Assembly: GCA_012026655.1 (NCBI GenBank)
Contig: JAAILG010000593.1
Coordinates: 1 to 64,000, forward strand
Direction of reading: 5' to 3'
DNA length: 64,000 nt
Source of the DNA: Hydrolagus affinis
Lineage: Eukaryota
Each line of letters starts with the position of its first letter. Position 1 is the stretch's first letter. Shown in pieces: positions 11,100 through 22,872 of the stretch. The notes under the pieces were generated by a model, which ran no database searches, was not told where the DNA came from, and saw only the letters and a program-made list of their open reading frames with translations. A program made the translations under genes and the position numbers.

Positions 11100-11610
11100 G
11101 ATGCACTAATGGATTCAATCCATTTTCTGACCAGTAGCTTGTGGTAAATCAGATGGACTTTTTCACTGAGGCTTACCAACTATTGGAGATTCAGCCCCAA
11201 AAATCTATAATAAACAATGTGTACATGGATTATCCATCTGATTGTGAGGGTAAGAGCTGTATTTGCTTTGGCAAATCCCACAATTATGCAGTTTGCTGGT
11301 GACAGGATATGGAATGGATTTATCAGAGGATTAAGTCAGACCAAATTTGACATCAAATGAATATAATTATAGGAGTAATGATTTATAATGATCCTTTGCT
11401 TGATTGGTCTGATGGTGCTTCCTTAGTGGAGATGGCACAGAGCCTATGTCCCATCCAGATGGTCAGGGACTGCCAATGCATTGGAGCTTCCTTGGCACTA
11501 TTGGGTATGACTTTTGTGGTTCCTTGCAAAGGCATGATAGACCCATAGAATTCTATGACATTTGGAGATTGTGTCTGGCCTGACCTTTTGACACAGCAAT
11601 CCATTCAGTT
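11100..11610. mobile_element. Highly decayed CR1 RT remnants, both orientations
   Basis: Plus strand: NQMDFFTE...VYMDY-like translation at ~11147-11233. Minus strand: RKLQCIG-like translation near 11475-11495. Only faint motif similarity. Confidence 0.3.
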
Positions 11611-14294
11611 TAATTTATTTTTTCCCTTCAAATGTCTTGGTATTAGGTATCTAGATTCAATTCTATCCTTAGTTCTCTCTTGAAAGCTAATATGGATTGT
11701 GCCTTGACCACTGCTCCAAGCATCTTAACCCCTCCAATATTTCAAACCAGCGAACCCATTTACAGTACCTAGCCATAACTCAATGTGCACTGCAGGTATA
11801 TTTTCTTCATTTCCCCTGTGAGCTTCTTCTTAGCTATGTACAATTCATCAGTGAAAAGTTTTCTCAGACTTTTGCAGTTCTACTCTCGATACTACCTTTT
11901 GGGAGATACTCAAAATATTTTTGGATGGCTTTGCTAGTCATTTGCTCTCTCCAGGTAGGATTGTGAATTTCTCCCATGTTGTTGAATGGAGGCTGTTGGA
12001 TTAGGCATTGAATTGTAATAGATGCTTTACTCATCTCCTGTGCATTAATCGTACAAGTTAAGGGTGTATAGAAATGTTATAAAACATAATTGAAGATTAT
12101 TCCTTTTAAAATACTAATTAGAATTTTTTTGTGGTTTAAACACTTTAACCTTTTGCTCTTTTAAGAACCCTTTAATAAAATTGAGAATAGAACAAATATT
12201 AGTAATGGGTAAAATTCTTTTTTTCTCCTGAGGTTGTTTCATTAACTTGGAATTGCTCCTTATTAGGTTAATGAATCTTACAGAAGAATGCTTCATTAGT
12301 GAAATAAGATTATTCTTTGGGGATGTTTCTATGAAGGACGACCTAATACATACACTTACTGTATTTGCTAACCAAAAAGTCAAAATTGTAGGAAAGACAC
12401 AAACATTAAATGATCAGATTAAAAAAAAATTGGGGTATGTTTTGTCAGAATGCTTATAATGATTTTACACATTAATACACATTAATACAAATGCTATATA
12501 CTGTATTAAGGTTTATCAACTTAGGCTGTACTTTGCGTGAGTGTGCCTCGCTTCAAAGATGATGAAAGCTTGGAGAAGGACAATACTGCATGTGGCAATT
12601 AGCAAAAATCATACGAAGCAAATTCAAACAGAGGGCAAACTGATTATTTTATTATCCAGGGGGTTTATACAAGGGTGGGGAAATAACCTTTTGAAACTAA
12701 TCAAATGCAGTGAAAGCATTTGATTCCGTTGTCACACTGTGTGGCTTGCATTGTGCAACTGAGTGCAATTAAGATATCAGAACATTTCATTGCTAATTAT
12801 CCTCTTGGAATACACAAAACATTAAAGGGATAGATTCTGAATATAGTCCGAATGTGCTTCCTGTAGTCCTCAAAGGGTTTAGTAAAAGCATATTGCATCT
12901 CCTATTGAGGATAGGTTGTGTATGTGTATTGATCCTCAATGCATTTGTACTGAAAATATACATTTTATAAATAAATAAATTCCAATGCACAGCCAACAAA
13001 AGTTATTGAATTTCTTTTTAAAAATAATACAAACAAGCAATATTTTGATCGCATTATATCGCAAAGCCATATTTAAATTTCAAATTAGTTGGTAAGATCT
13101 AAATAAGGCGATGATGTGAATCATGAATATGAAAGAAGCCACAGACAAAATGAATGTTACATTTGATTGGAAAAAGCAGTCCGCTCTTAAGGATTGATGA
13201 GGTTTATGGTGGAAAGGAAGTTGGACATTAACTCTTTAGGGATTGAAGAACAGTCCAGTTTAACGGTGATGTAATTTTTGAATTTGCGTGCCGGTTTTGT
13301 TTATCCTCAACCAAGTAAAACTTATTTCCCATATTACAGGCAGTGATTTCATCAGACACTTACTGGTCAGCCATTGTAGCATAGACTGACTGCGCTGGCT
13401 TCATGCATCATCCTCACTTGCAACGAGCATTTTTCCCTGGGGCCTCTTCCAAAGAATAGCATGACTTCCATCTTCCTCAGTATTTTTCCCAATCCTTTTA
13501 CCGACCATTAACTCTTAACTACATGGTACAGGATGGAAATGGGGAGAATTCCTTTTGTGACTTTAGGATCATTTCTCTGCGAGCGAGGATATCTTTAACC
13601 TCTGATGGCTCTCAGGTTATCTAAGCCTCTAGGAAGGAGCCCACATAATAGGAGGAGGGGAATCAGTGGGCCACTCATCATTATCATCATCAAAGCCCTG
13701 GATCTCAAACATTGCCGCGCCAAATGCGGAGAAAAATGTGTAAAATGAGGAAAACTCAAATGCATTTTAAAAAACACTGTATATAAATATATTGCAGTGG
13801 TCATCATGATCTGCTAGCAATTTTAAAAATAGTGCGAAGTCTGAAAACAAAACTTTGCAAAAAGTTGGACCTTTGAAGTAATGTGACCATGCTCATCAAA
13901 CATGTCAGCAGACAATACCACTGTATTTCAAAGTACTTAACAAGAGTTGATATGATTAATGTCGATGTAGCTATTATAGTATTATGATTCACAGAAGAAC
14001 ATCATTGCTTGCAAAGGTTGTATCCCTTCTCAGAGTACAGTGTGTTTCAATAACTGTCAGAAATCATTATGTACACTGCATTGTCTCTCATATGTTCGGT
14101 TCCCCCGGGACATCAAGTAAAGAGGGTATTAATCCTGTAAGAATCATTCCTCAAAAGCAGGAAAAAGTGATGGAATAGCACAACAAGCCATTCAGTTTCA
14201 TGAAAGAATAACATTGACACCTGGGACCCTTAGTCAGATCAGGAGTTCACCTGAAGAGTCACATCGGAAACATTAACCAAATGTTTGTTCACAG

Positions 14295-14390
14295 TATACA
14301 CAGTCATTACACTTTACAGTATATGTTGTGAAGCATTTTGAGACATCCTTCCAACATGAAAGGGGCCATATCAAATATAAGAATTACTTT
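14295..14390 (+). mobile_element. Deu-SINE 3' remnant
   Basis: cagtcattacactttacagtatatgttgtgaagcattttgagacatcc...tatcaaatataagaatt. Confidence 0.7.
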
Positions 14391-14475
14391 CAAAATAACT
14401 TTTGGAGTTTTTATTATGATCTCTCAAGAATCACCTGTCCACTTTGCTTAGTGGTGTGTATACACTTTGCAATTT

Positions 14476-14705
14476 TAATAATCCTTACATTTGATATGGT
14501 GCCTTCATATCTGAAGAATGTCTCAAAGAAGTTCATAGTGTAAAGTGTAGCCTGTGTATTTTATGGGAAAATACATGTAACAATATCTACGTAGTCCCAC
14601 AAACTTCAGTAAAGTGAATGATCACTTTTATTTGGGGTATGTTGTCAGGATATCGGGGTGATGGGGGTGGTTCTCTCTTTTCCATTTTAAGTAATTATGT
14701 GGAGT
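14476..14705 (-). mobile_element. Deu-SINE remnant
   Basis: taataatccttacatttgatatggtgcc...gtctcaaag...gtcccacaaac...gtcaggatatcgggg. Confidence 0.65.
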
Positions 14706-14784
14706 ATTCTGCCAAAAACGTTCTGGCTTTATTGTAAGCCACGTTGGTCAGTTTGGTTCTGATGATAGACCCATCGAGCAATAA

Positions 14785-15080
14785 AACAACAACTTGCAAT
14801 TATAGCACTCTCCACACAAGGTAATGTTTCAGAGCGCTCTACAGTGGCAGAGCTTGACACCAAGTAGGGGTTGGGGACGAGGTGACTTTAAGCACGGTTA
14901 AAAAGCACGCAGCAGAGTTCTTAAGGAGTTGGAGTTTTTAAATAGTGGAACTGGAGAGACCAGTGAAGGGTGCATTTGAATAATTCAGGCAGGAGGTGAC
15001 AAAACACATGCACGAGGGTTTCTGCTAGATTTAGAGTAAGGTATAGTTTGAGGCTGGCAATGTGGCGGAGGTGAAGGAAA
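14785..15080 (-). mobile_element. L2 LINE 3' remnant
   Basis: aacaacaacttgcaattatagcac...cagagcgctctacagtgg tail followed by purine-rich L2 3' region. Confidence 0.6.
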
Positions 15081-15084
15081 AAAA

Positions 15085-15460
15085 GATTCCAGATTAGGAC
15101 AAGTTGCAGCTTTTCTCTCTTGAGTTGAGACGTTTGAGAGAAAACCTGATTGAGGTGTTCAAGATTCTGAAAGTATTTGAGAAAGTGATCGTCTGTTTCC
15201 ACTTGTTAGTTAGTCCAGAAAGAATGAGTCTGCATATAACACCAGAAGTAGATCTAATAGGGAGTTTAGGAGGAACTTCTTCACGCAAAAGATGGTGGGA
15301 AAATGTGGAATTCACTGCCAGATGTTGCGAAAAGTAACAATCTTACTGCATACATGTGGAGAAGGGAATAGGAGAGGCAGAAATAGGAAGTGTGGAGCAC
15401 AAACATAAGCCTGAACTAGTTGAGCTGAACTGTCCATTTGCTGCTGAATTATTCCGTGGT
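15085..15460 (+). mobile_element. CR1 LINE 3' remnant
   Basis: ORF 15104-15337 LFSLELRRLRENLIEVFKILKVFEKV matches the CR1 LFSLE.RRLRGDLIEVFKI motif. Confidence 0.85.
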
Positions 15461-18400
15461 AATTTTGTGTAGGCAGAACAAACAAAGCACCATCTGCTTA
15501 AGAGTTCAGTGTTGTACAATTGCTTCATAATAAATTCAGAGCCGGGAGGTGAAAATGCCTCTGAAGCAATCGTTTCTGGCACCATTCATTTTCAACTTTG
15601 ACCTTTTAACAGTGGAACTTGTTTTTGGGTTTTGTATACAGATAACCTGTGATTTTCACAGCTGGTGTCTTACTTTTAACAGGGTCAAGAATATGGACTA
15701 AAGGGAAGGCTAAAGGCTTGACTGCACAGAATGTACAAGGCAAATATTGATTGCTCCGTCAGAATCTCCAATAAATGAAAAAAATGGATTGGCATTAAGA
15801 ACACAATTTTCAAATGATTGTTGTCTTGGCCTTCCACCAAGCCTCAGTATGGGCAGCTTTGGAGCATTACCCTTTTTAACACGAGGGTTTGGCTTGGGCG
15901 TGTTTTTGGAAGTGTTGCTTGGTTATGTGGAAAATTGAAAATAATTGTATCAATAATGGTGAAATGTCCAATGTGCATCTTACAGTAATGGTACCTTATC
16001 TGGTGCGTTGGCTTTCAGTTGCTTCCTCTTGCACATTTACTTTTAATGATATGTTTCTACAGCACTGAATATGAATGAAGGTTAATTTTAAATTGAACAA
16101 CCATCATTGATAATTTACAGACAGGAACTAAAACTTCTGTGTGTTTTTTTATTATATTGAAGCAATGGGAGGCATGGAAACTTTTGTCCTGATGTGAAAA
16201 GAAATCCTAATTCACTGTGTATGTGTGTGTGGAAATGGGCATTTCCACGATAAAGGGGTATACATGTGTGACAGAGAGGTCAGAAAATCAAATGGATTGC
16301 TGAACACTCATTTATTGTACATAAGTGCCATAGAGACCATACTGTATGTATCTTGTAAGAAATACATAACTTTTTTAACAGAATTATTTTTACCACCGCT
16401 GAAAGTTCACACCTGATGCACAAAAAGCTTTGAACAGGGACAGACATTACAAACGTGGACATTAGAGGACGGAACGTCATGAGTGAATTTTCAAAATGTC
16501 GGAGAAGTAAGCAATCATCAAGCTTACCATAATAAATCAAACCACAAAGTAGTTACTTCATAACTTTATGAATTGAGAGCAAAATAGGATTTAAAAAAAA
16601 AATTATCCTGAAATCCCGTTTTCCTCGTTCATAATTCTTTGGACGGACGGGGTTATGAGCGTGTCACATTTTTTAAAGGGACAAAACAAATATGATCGGG
16701 CTCTTGAATGAAACAGAAACTTATCAGCTTTCTGTCTTAACACTTGATTTATGGATCTCATTATATTAATGATAGTGAGAGTTAAAAATAAGATCTGAAA
16801 TAGATTTCAAAAGCAGCTTTCTTTGCCTTGTCACATTTTAGAGGTCTCTAGATAGGGTGGACATGATCTTTAATTTATTGTCATTTAAAAAACATGTCTC
16901 ATTTTAAGGCAAAATTATCTGGGCTATCTCTTGAGAGTGTGTTATCTCTGATTTTCATGCTTGGAAAAAAAATTCACCCTTCCTCAGAAAATGGCATGAA
17001 TATTTTGCCTTGCACAATGTACCCCATTACCGTGGAAATACCCATATACACTGTACATATAAAATCCTAGTGCTGTGATACTTTGCAAATAAAGTGTTCA
17101 TTTTACGGCATCATCCCCGATTTCCCCAGGCTGTACTGTAGACCATTCCATGATTTGAAGCAGTGGAAACCGAAGCACCTAAAATGAACAGTTAAAGATT
17201 TGGATTGCTTTTGTCAAAGGAAGGGGAAAATGTAATGCATCTGATTCACAGAGGCATCTGTTCTCAATTATTCCATCAATGGCTGCATTTGTAGGTTAAT
17301 TATGAGTGAAAATGTAGGCACTGTCTTGCTGCTTTACAGACAAAAGATGACAGGAATTTAATTTGGAAAAATGATGTCAGCAGTGAAGTATTCTCTTACT
17401 GCATTACTGGATTCAAAGTAATTATTGAGCAAATGCACACTTTCCATGGCCACCGATTACCACCTCCATTGGCATCTGTGTATTTGAAGAATAATGAACG
17501 CAGATCACTATAAGGTTAATGATGTGTATCAAAGCCAATGCAAAGTAAACAGGATTCTCTCAAGACAATCCCCCTTTTCTTTCTGCTGCAAATACCTCAA
17601 AGCCCAGAGACAGACAGGCCAAAATCAAACAAACAGAGCTGTTACAGGACCTTTGCAAATGCTGTATGCAACACGATTGTTATCATGCTTGTCAACCCCA
17701 AGCGAATAACACGCCTGCTCTTCAGTTCTTCTTATTTCTCTATTAGTGATCACATAATAGCCAAAGACTTAGTGATTTAGACTTAGAAATTAATGTGCTC
17801 AGAATCATTTCTTAACTCAATCATAGCCTTTCTCTAAGTGCAATTATTTGAGATCTGAAAATGGTTCCGGATTCCATTGATGCAGCAAGTAACCCTTTAA
17901 CCCTATTGTCTGTTAAATCAAAATTTATTGTGTATGCAATTAATGAAACTGCATTAATAAATGTAATGTCTTAATTACCTTTTGAAATTCATTAACATGA
18001 AAAGAGCAGATTTCCTTTCTTAGGTATAAATCAGATTTCCCCTTATTTCAATTGAGGGCACCGTTTAAAATGTGCATGTTCGATACATACATTAAAATAA
18101 GTTGGCAATCAATTCTCACAGAACTATAAAACTATCAATATGGTTGGTTTGGAGAGTGAGCTCAGGTTTTGCAAAGCTTGACTGTCTGCTTAGCCTACAA
18201 CTTCATTGCATTGGTCTAATGCCACCACTATTGTTCCTGCTCAATTGTATCTCATTGTTTGTTGAACAACATGCATCTTGCAAAGAAAAAAAAGGGGCAT
18301 TGAGTGTCAGCTTGCTGTTATTGTTTCTATTTTCTCTAAGTTAATACGTTAATTGTCAGATCAGTATGGATGAAGAAGGCTCTTATTTGATTTCATCCTT

Positions 18401-18899
18401 GTTGCTTACAGATAGCTACAAAAACAGGTTATTTACAATGATCTCATGCATGTAGGTAAACCCCTATAAATGTTTATTGTTGCATTCTGTCTCTGTGATT
18501 CTTTTGTGTTTTACTGTCATAGTGGTACCATGATTACTTGCCATTTTTCAATGCCAGATATCATTGGAAGGTGAGGCAATTGTGATTAGAACTGTAGAAT
18601 GAAATCAATTGCACAGGGTTTAAATAATTTGTCTAAAAAATTATATCTCAAAAAGTCACAACTGGAACTGATATTTCTCCCTCCCCTTCTCTCTCTTTCT
18701 CTCACAGGTGCCCTGGCAATGTGTTATACTGTACCATGTTGTACCGGGGCAGCAGAAATAAATTTAACTGTGAAATGATTGAGTTTATTACTTTAGCCTC
18801 ATCAGAAAAATGAGGATCTGTTGCCAACAGTTTTCTTTTGCATTTTTCACTTATTTTGTGCATCATGTAAGTATCCAAAGCCTTTAATTATAAAAAATA

Positions 18900-19025
18900 A
18901 TAACTATAATAATCCTTGGACTTAATGTGATAGCTTACCACATCGTCGATGTCTCAAAGCGCTTTCATGGATAATACTGTAATGTGATGTGGCTGTGTTT
19001 AGTTTATTTGGGCGATTGTGTCAAT
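18900..19025 (-). mobile_element. Deu-SINE 3' remnant
   Basis: aataatccttg...gatgtctcaaagcgctttcatggataatactgtaa. Confidence 0.65.
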
Positions 19026-19106
19026 CTTTCATTGAACCCCTCTTTGAGGTCCAGTGAGATCTTGAGGCAATGTGCTTTGCATATCTTCCTTCACTCCAAC
19101 ACCCCC

Positions 19107-19880
19107 CATAAGAACATAAGAATAGGAGTTGGCCATTCAGCCTGTCGAGCCTATTCAGCCATTTAATTAGATCATGGCTGATTTTTATCTCTACTAATCC
19201 TTTCAATTTCAATTTTCCACTTTTACCCCGTATCCCTTAATACCCCGACCTAACAAAAATTTATCAACCTCACCTTTTGGGGTAGAAAATTCCAGATTTC
19301 TACCACCCTTTGAATGAAAAAATGCTTCCCGATTTCACTCTTAAATGGCCTGTTTCTAATTTTAAGACTGTGTCCCCTTGTTTTGCGTTCCCCCACCAGA
19401 GGAAACAGCTTCTCTGTACCTACCCTATCAAATCCCTTTATCATCCTAAAAACTTCTATCAAATCACCCCTCAATCTTCTAAACTCGAGGAAATACAATC
19501 CAAGTTTACGCAGTCTTTCCTCGTAACTTAGACCTTTTTGCCCCGATATAAAATTCTGGTGAACCTGCGTGGCACCCCTTTCCAGGGTCAATATATTTTT
19601 CCTGAGGTGTGGTGCCCCAAACTGAATACAGTACTCCAGGTAGGGTCTGACTAACATTCTATACAGGTGAAGCATCATTTCTTCTCCTTTGTATTCTAGG
19701 CCTCTCGAGATAAAAGCCAACATCCCATTTGCCTTTTTCATTATGTGTTGCACCTGGGAAATAGGTTTCAGTGATTTGTGGACATAGACATCCAAATCTT
19801 TTTGCTGCTCCACAGCTCGTAATTTCTCCCGATTAAGAAAATATTCTGCCTTATTTTTTTTGCCCCCCACTTCTTTTGCC
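19107..19880 (-). mobile_element. 5'-truncated CR1 LINE (ORF2 C-terminal ~210 aa plus 3'UTR)
   Basis: ORF 19250-19885: KKANGMLAFISRGLEYK...LYRMLVRPYLEYCIQF...LSYEERLRKLGL...RRLRGDLIEVF...TRGHSLK...QRVVEIWN. Terminal 8-bp (cataagaa) repeat at 19107. Confidence 0.95.
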
Positions 19881-20631
19881 AACATAACAGCTTCTGTTAG
19901 GTTTTTCTAATGAATGTTTCCTTTGTCATGCATAATATAAATTTGACAAATTCCAGTAGATACTAATGGTTGAACATGGCGTTGGCAACACTTAGCTTTA
20001 CTTTAAACATATGTTTAAGTTTGTTCACACACAAGCACAACCTGTAAGAGGAGAATATGTTTCCAACCAACCAGTCAACTAAATTCAAACCACTCAGTTA
20101 ACAAACAAAAACAATGTTGATTTTTAAGATGCAGTTTCTCTTCATACCATGTGAGACAGCCACTGTGAAAGCCAACACTTATAGTACATGATGGTGCTGA
20201 TTATTCATTATTTTGTAATATGATGAAAAGCAGAATATTTTATTTAAACATAGAAAATACTCGAGACATGATTGTAAAATTATAGCTAAACTGATTGAAT
20301 CCAGAACACACATCTCACATGGCTGTGAGAATATGGATTTTTTCATTGCTGTGTCTTAGGCTCGGAATTACTGAGTTGTTTAAAAGGAGGAGAAATGTAT
20401 ATTTTGCAAGTGTTAGAGTATAAAGGGAAATTAAGAGAAAGGCAGGAATATTGGTTTAAAACAACAGAGTGCTACTTTGATCTGTTAAAATAGTGCAACA
20501 GATTTATGGGCTGAATAGCATAATCCTATTGCCAATTGAAGAAATCTGTTCTGATTGTTTCAGTAAAAAGTTTTGTAATTTGGCAGACATAGTGCTATTG
20601 AATTCTGTATAACTATGTGAAATAACTATAT

Positions 20632-20700
20632 AACATCTCTCTATTACGAGACATTCCCAACATTTCCCTGTTGAGAAATGTCTCGTAATAGAGAGATGTT
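20632..20700. repeat. Long inverted repeat with 24-bp perfect arms
   Basis: aacatctctctattacgagacatt (20632-20655) and aatgtctcgtaatagagagatgtt (20677-20700), with an inner caaca/tgttg stem. Confidence 0.95.
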
Positions 20701-22704
20701 GGGGTTAACATTTGTGATTATTAAAATAAGCAGATTGCAAACCCATTTAAACCTATCGAACTGTAAGTTTAGGAGACAGGTAGATCAAAAGAGATAAAAC
20801 TTTTAAACCAAAGAGTGTCAGTTCAAATGAGTGACACTTGGCAGGTGTGTGAATCTGGGTACCAATGTATGATTTCTGTAGCTCAACTGCTAATTGTTCA
20901 CTTTGTCAAGTGGACATGTTAGTATTTTAACCAATATTAGGATTGTCTGTTGCCCTTTAGAACACTACACTGGAAGTAATTAGTAGCATGATCCCTAAAG
21001 GCATTTTATTCAGCAGGATATCTGCAAATGTTTTGGTGTATTGAAATCATGTTTGTTTCCTTATTTAACTAATGATCAATGTCTGAATTGTGGAGTGTGC
21101 CTGGTGAGAATTTTTTCAGTATGTTTGCACATTTTACTTGTTAGATTTAATCACGTAGGGTTAGGTTTTCTGTAATAGGGGGTGTGTTTTCCCCTCTTGT
21201 GGAGAATCATTTATACTTTGGCAGCCAGGAATAGCTTGTTTTATGACTTCATGTTAGAGATTGTGTCAGAGGTGGTTTCCCACAGGCTGTTGGCATGACT
21301 TAACATGGGGTTCCTCCATGGCAGTCACACATTATTTCCTCCAGAGCTATTTCTGCTGTTGAAGGACAGCAGTTCAGCGTCTGTTTTTCCACTGAGTGTA
21401 TTGTCAGTCCCAGTGTTAATCTCATTATTTATCCATGTGAGCAAATTTTTATTTGAGATCATTTGAAATGGCAAATCTCAAGGTGGTCCTTTTAATGGCC
21501 TGCCTTTGAATACTGATGCTCATCCAACTGAGACATCAATCTTCCTGGAGCTCGCGCATGCCATTCTGGTTGGGAGTCACTCAGCCACTTGAACTTTGGA
21601 TTGAATCAGGAATGATTATTTAATCATGCAACTTAAGTTAAATAAGTATGTTTTTGTAATTGATGGTTCTTTTGTGGAACATCACCACTAGGCATTGAGC
21701 CATGATTTTACAAATAGCACAAGGATTTTGTTTTATATATGAAGAATATTCTGTAAACAAACTATTCTGACCTATCTTTCAGAACCCGAATGGGAGCATA
21801 AAACTTCCTTTCCTAGTTTTGTTTGAACGGGGCAATATTTCAATGTTTCCCCCCCACCAACTATAAACATAACAGCCCACTGGAATGACATTTGCCCTTT
21901 GTTACAGAACATACAACTGGTTTTACATTTGCATCAGAGAGATTGAATGGTGCATTATGTGATCTACAAAAAAATTTGAAATTATGTGAAATATTCAGTC
22001 TTCTGCTCATCACAGGCAACAAATATCTTGCAGGACACCAATGATTTCAGGCATTAGGTTAAGCTTGCAACAAGTGAGCGTTTTATTTCGATCAATGACT
22101 AATTTGCTAAGTAACCTGCTATGTGGTTCTGCTTGTAAATGTGAAAGCTACATTGGGCACTGATCAAGGTTGTTTCAAATAAGGTTCTTGTGCAATACCT
22201 GCTTGCAAGCTGTTCTATGATTGATAAAGGCTCGGGAAGGTGGGGAGAAATGATAAGATCATGATCCAATAAAGCTGTTGCAGTTGACCTCAAATGAATA
22301 CAAACAACTGCTGCGTATCCCCTGATGCAACAAGAATTAGCATTAACACAAAAGAGAGGAGTTAAATAAAATTATTGTTGCACGTCATTTAAACACAGCA
22401 CAAAGGCAACACTGGAAAATACTCTTGCTTTTTACGACACAATACAATACAGTTGTGATAGGAGGGGTCTGTGAATTTTCCCTACGTCGGCCTGAAAAGT
22501 AAATTGAGATATTTCAGGCCAATCACGTGGTATATTCCCAATGCTGGTTTCTTTGGATGGTACAGAGCTAAAATGCCTGCAGTTAGATTCCTATCAAACC
22601 TCCGTCCTTAAAAAAAGAGAAAATATCTTGACTTTTACCATTGTTATCTTCTAAATGTGTCAACGATTAGGCAGCAATATAGGTAAGGTTAGGATGACCT
22701 TCAC

Positions 22705-22872
22705 AAGATCACATGATTAGAAGTTTGGGTAAAGAAGTCCTTCGGCTCATCTGATCTAATCTCCCCAGAATACCCGCCCATCCTATCAGAGATTCAAGCT
22801 GCTTTTTAAATTTGGCTTCAATCATCCTTCCTAGTGACCTGTTCCATTTATGAATTACGCTCTGGGTAAAAT
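22705..22872 (-). mobile_element. CR1 LINE 3' remnant
   Basis: ORF 22709-22951 ends FTQSVIHKWNRSLGRMIEAKFKKQLES, a CR1 C-terminal pattern. Confidence 0.7.

Noticed and set aside
19250-19885. Host protein-coding gene of 211 aa
   Set aside because: It is a 5'-truncated CR1 ORF2 fragment followed by a CR1 3'UTR and tail.
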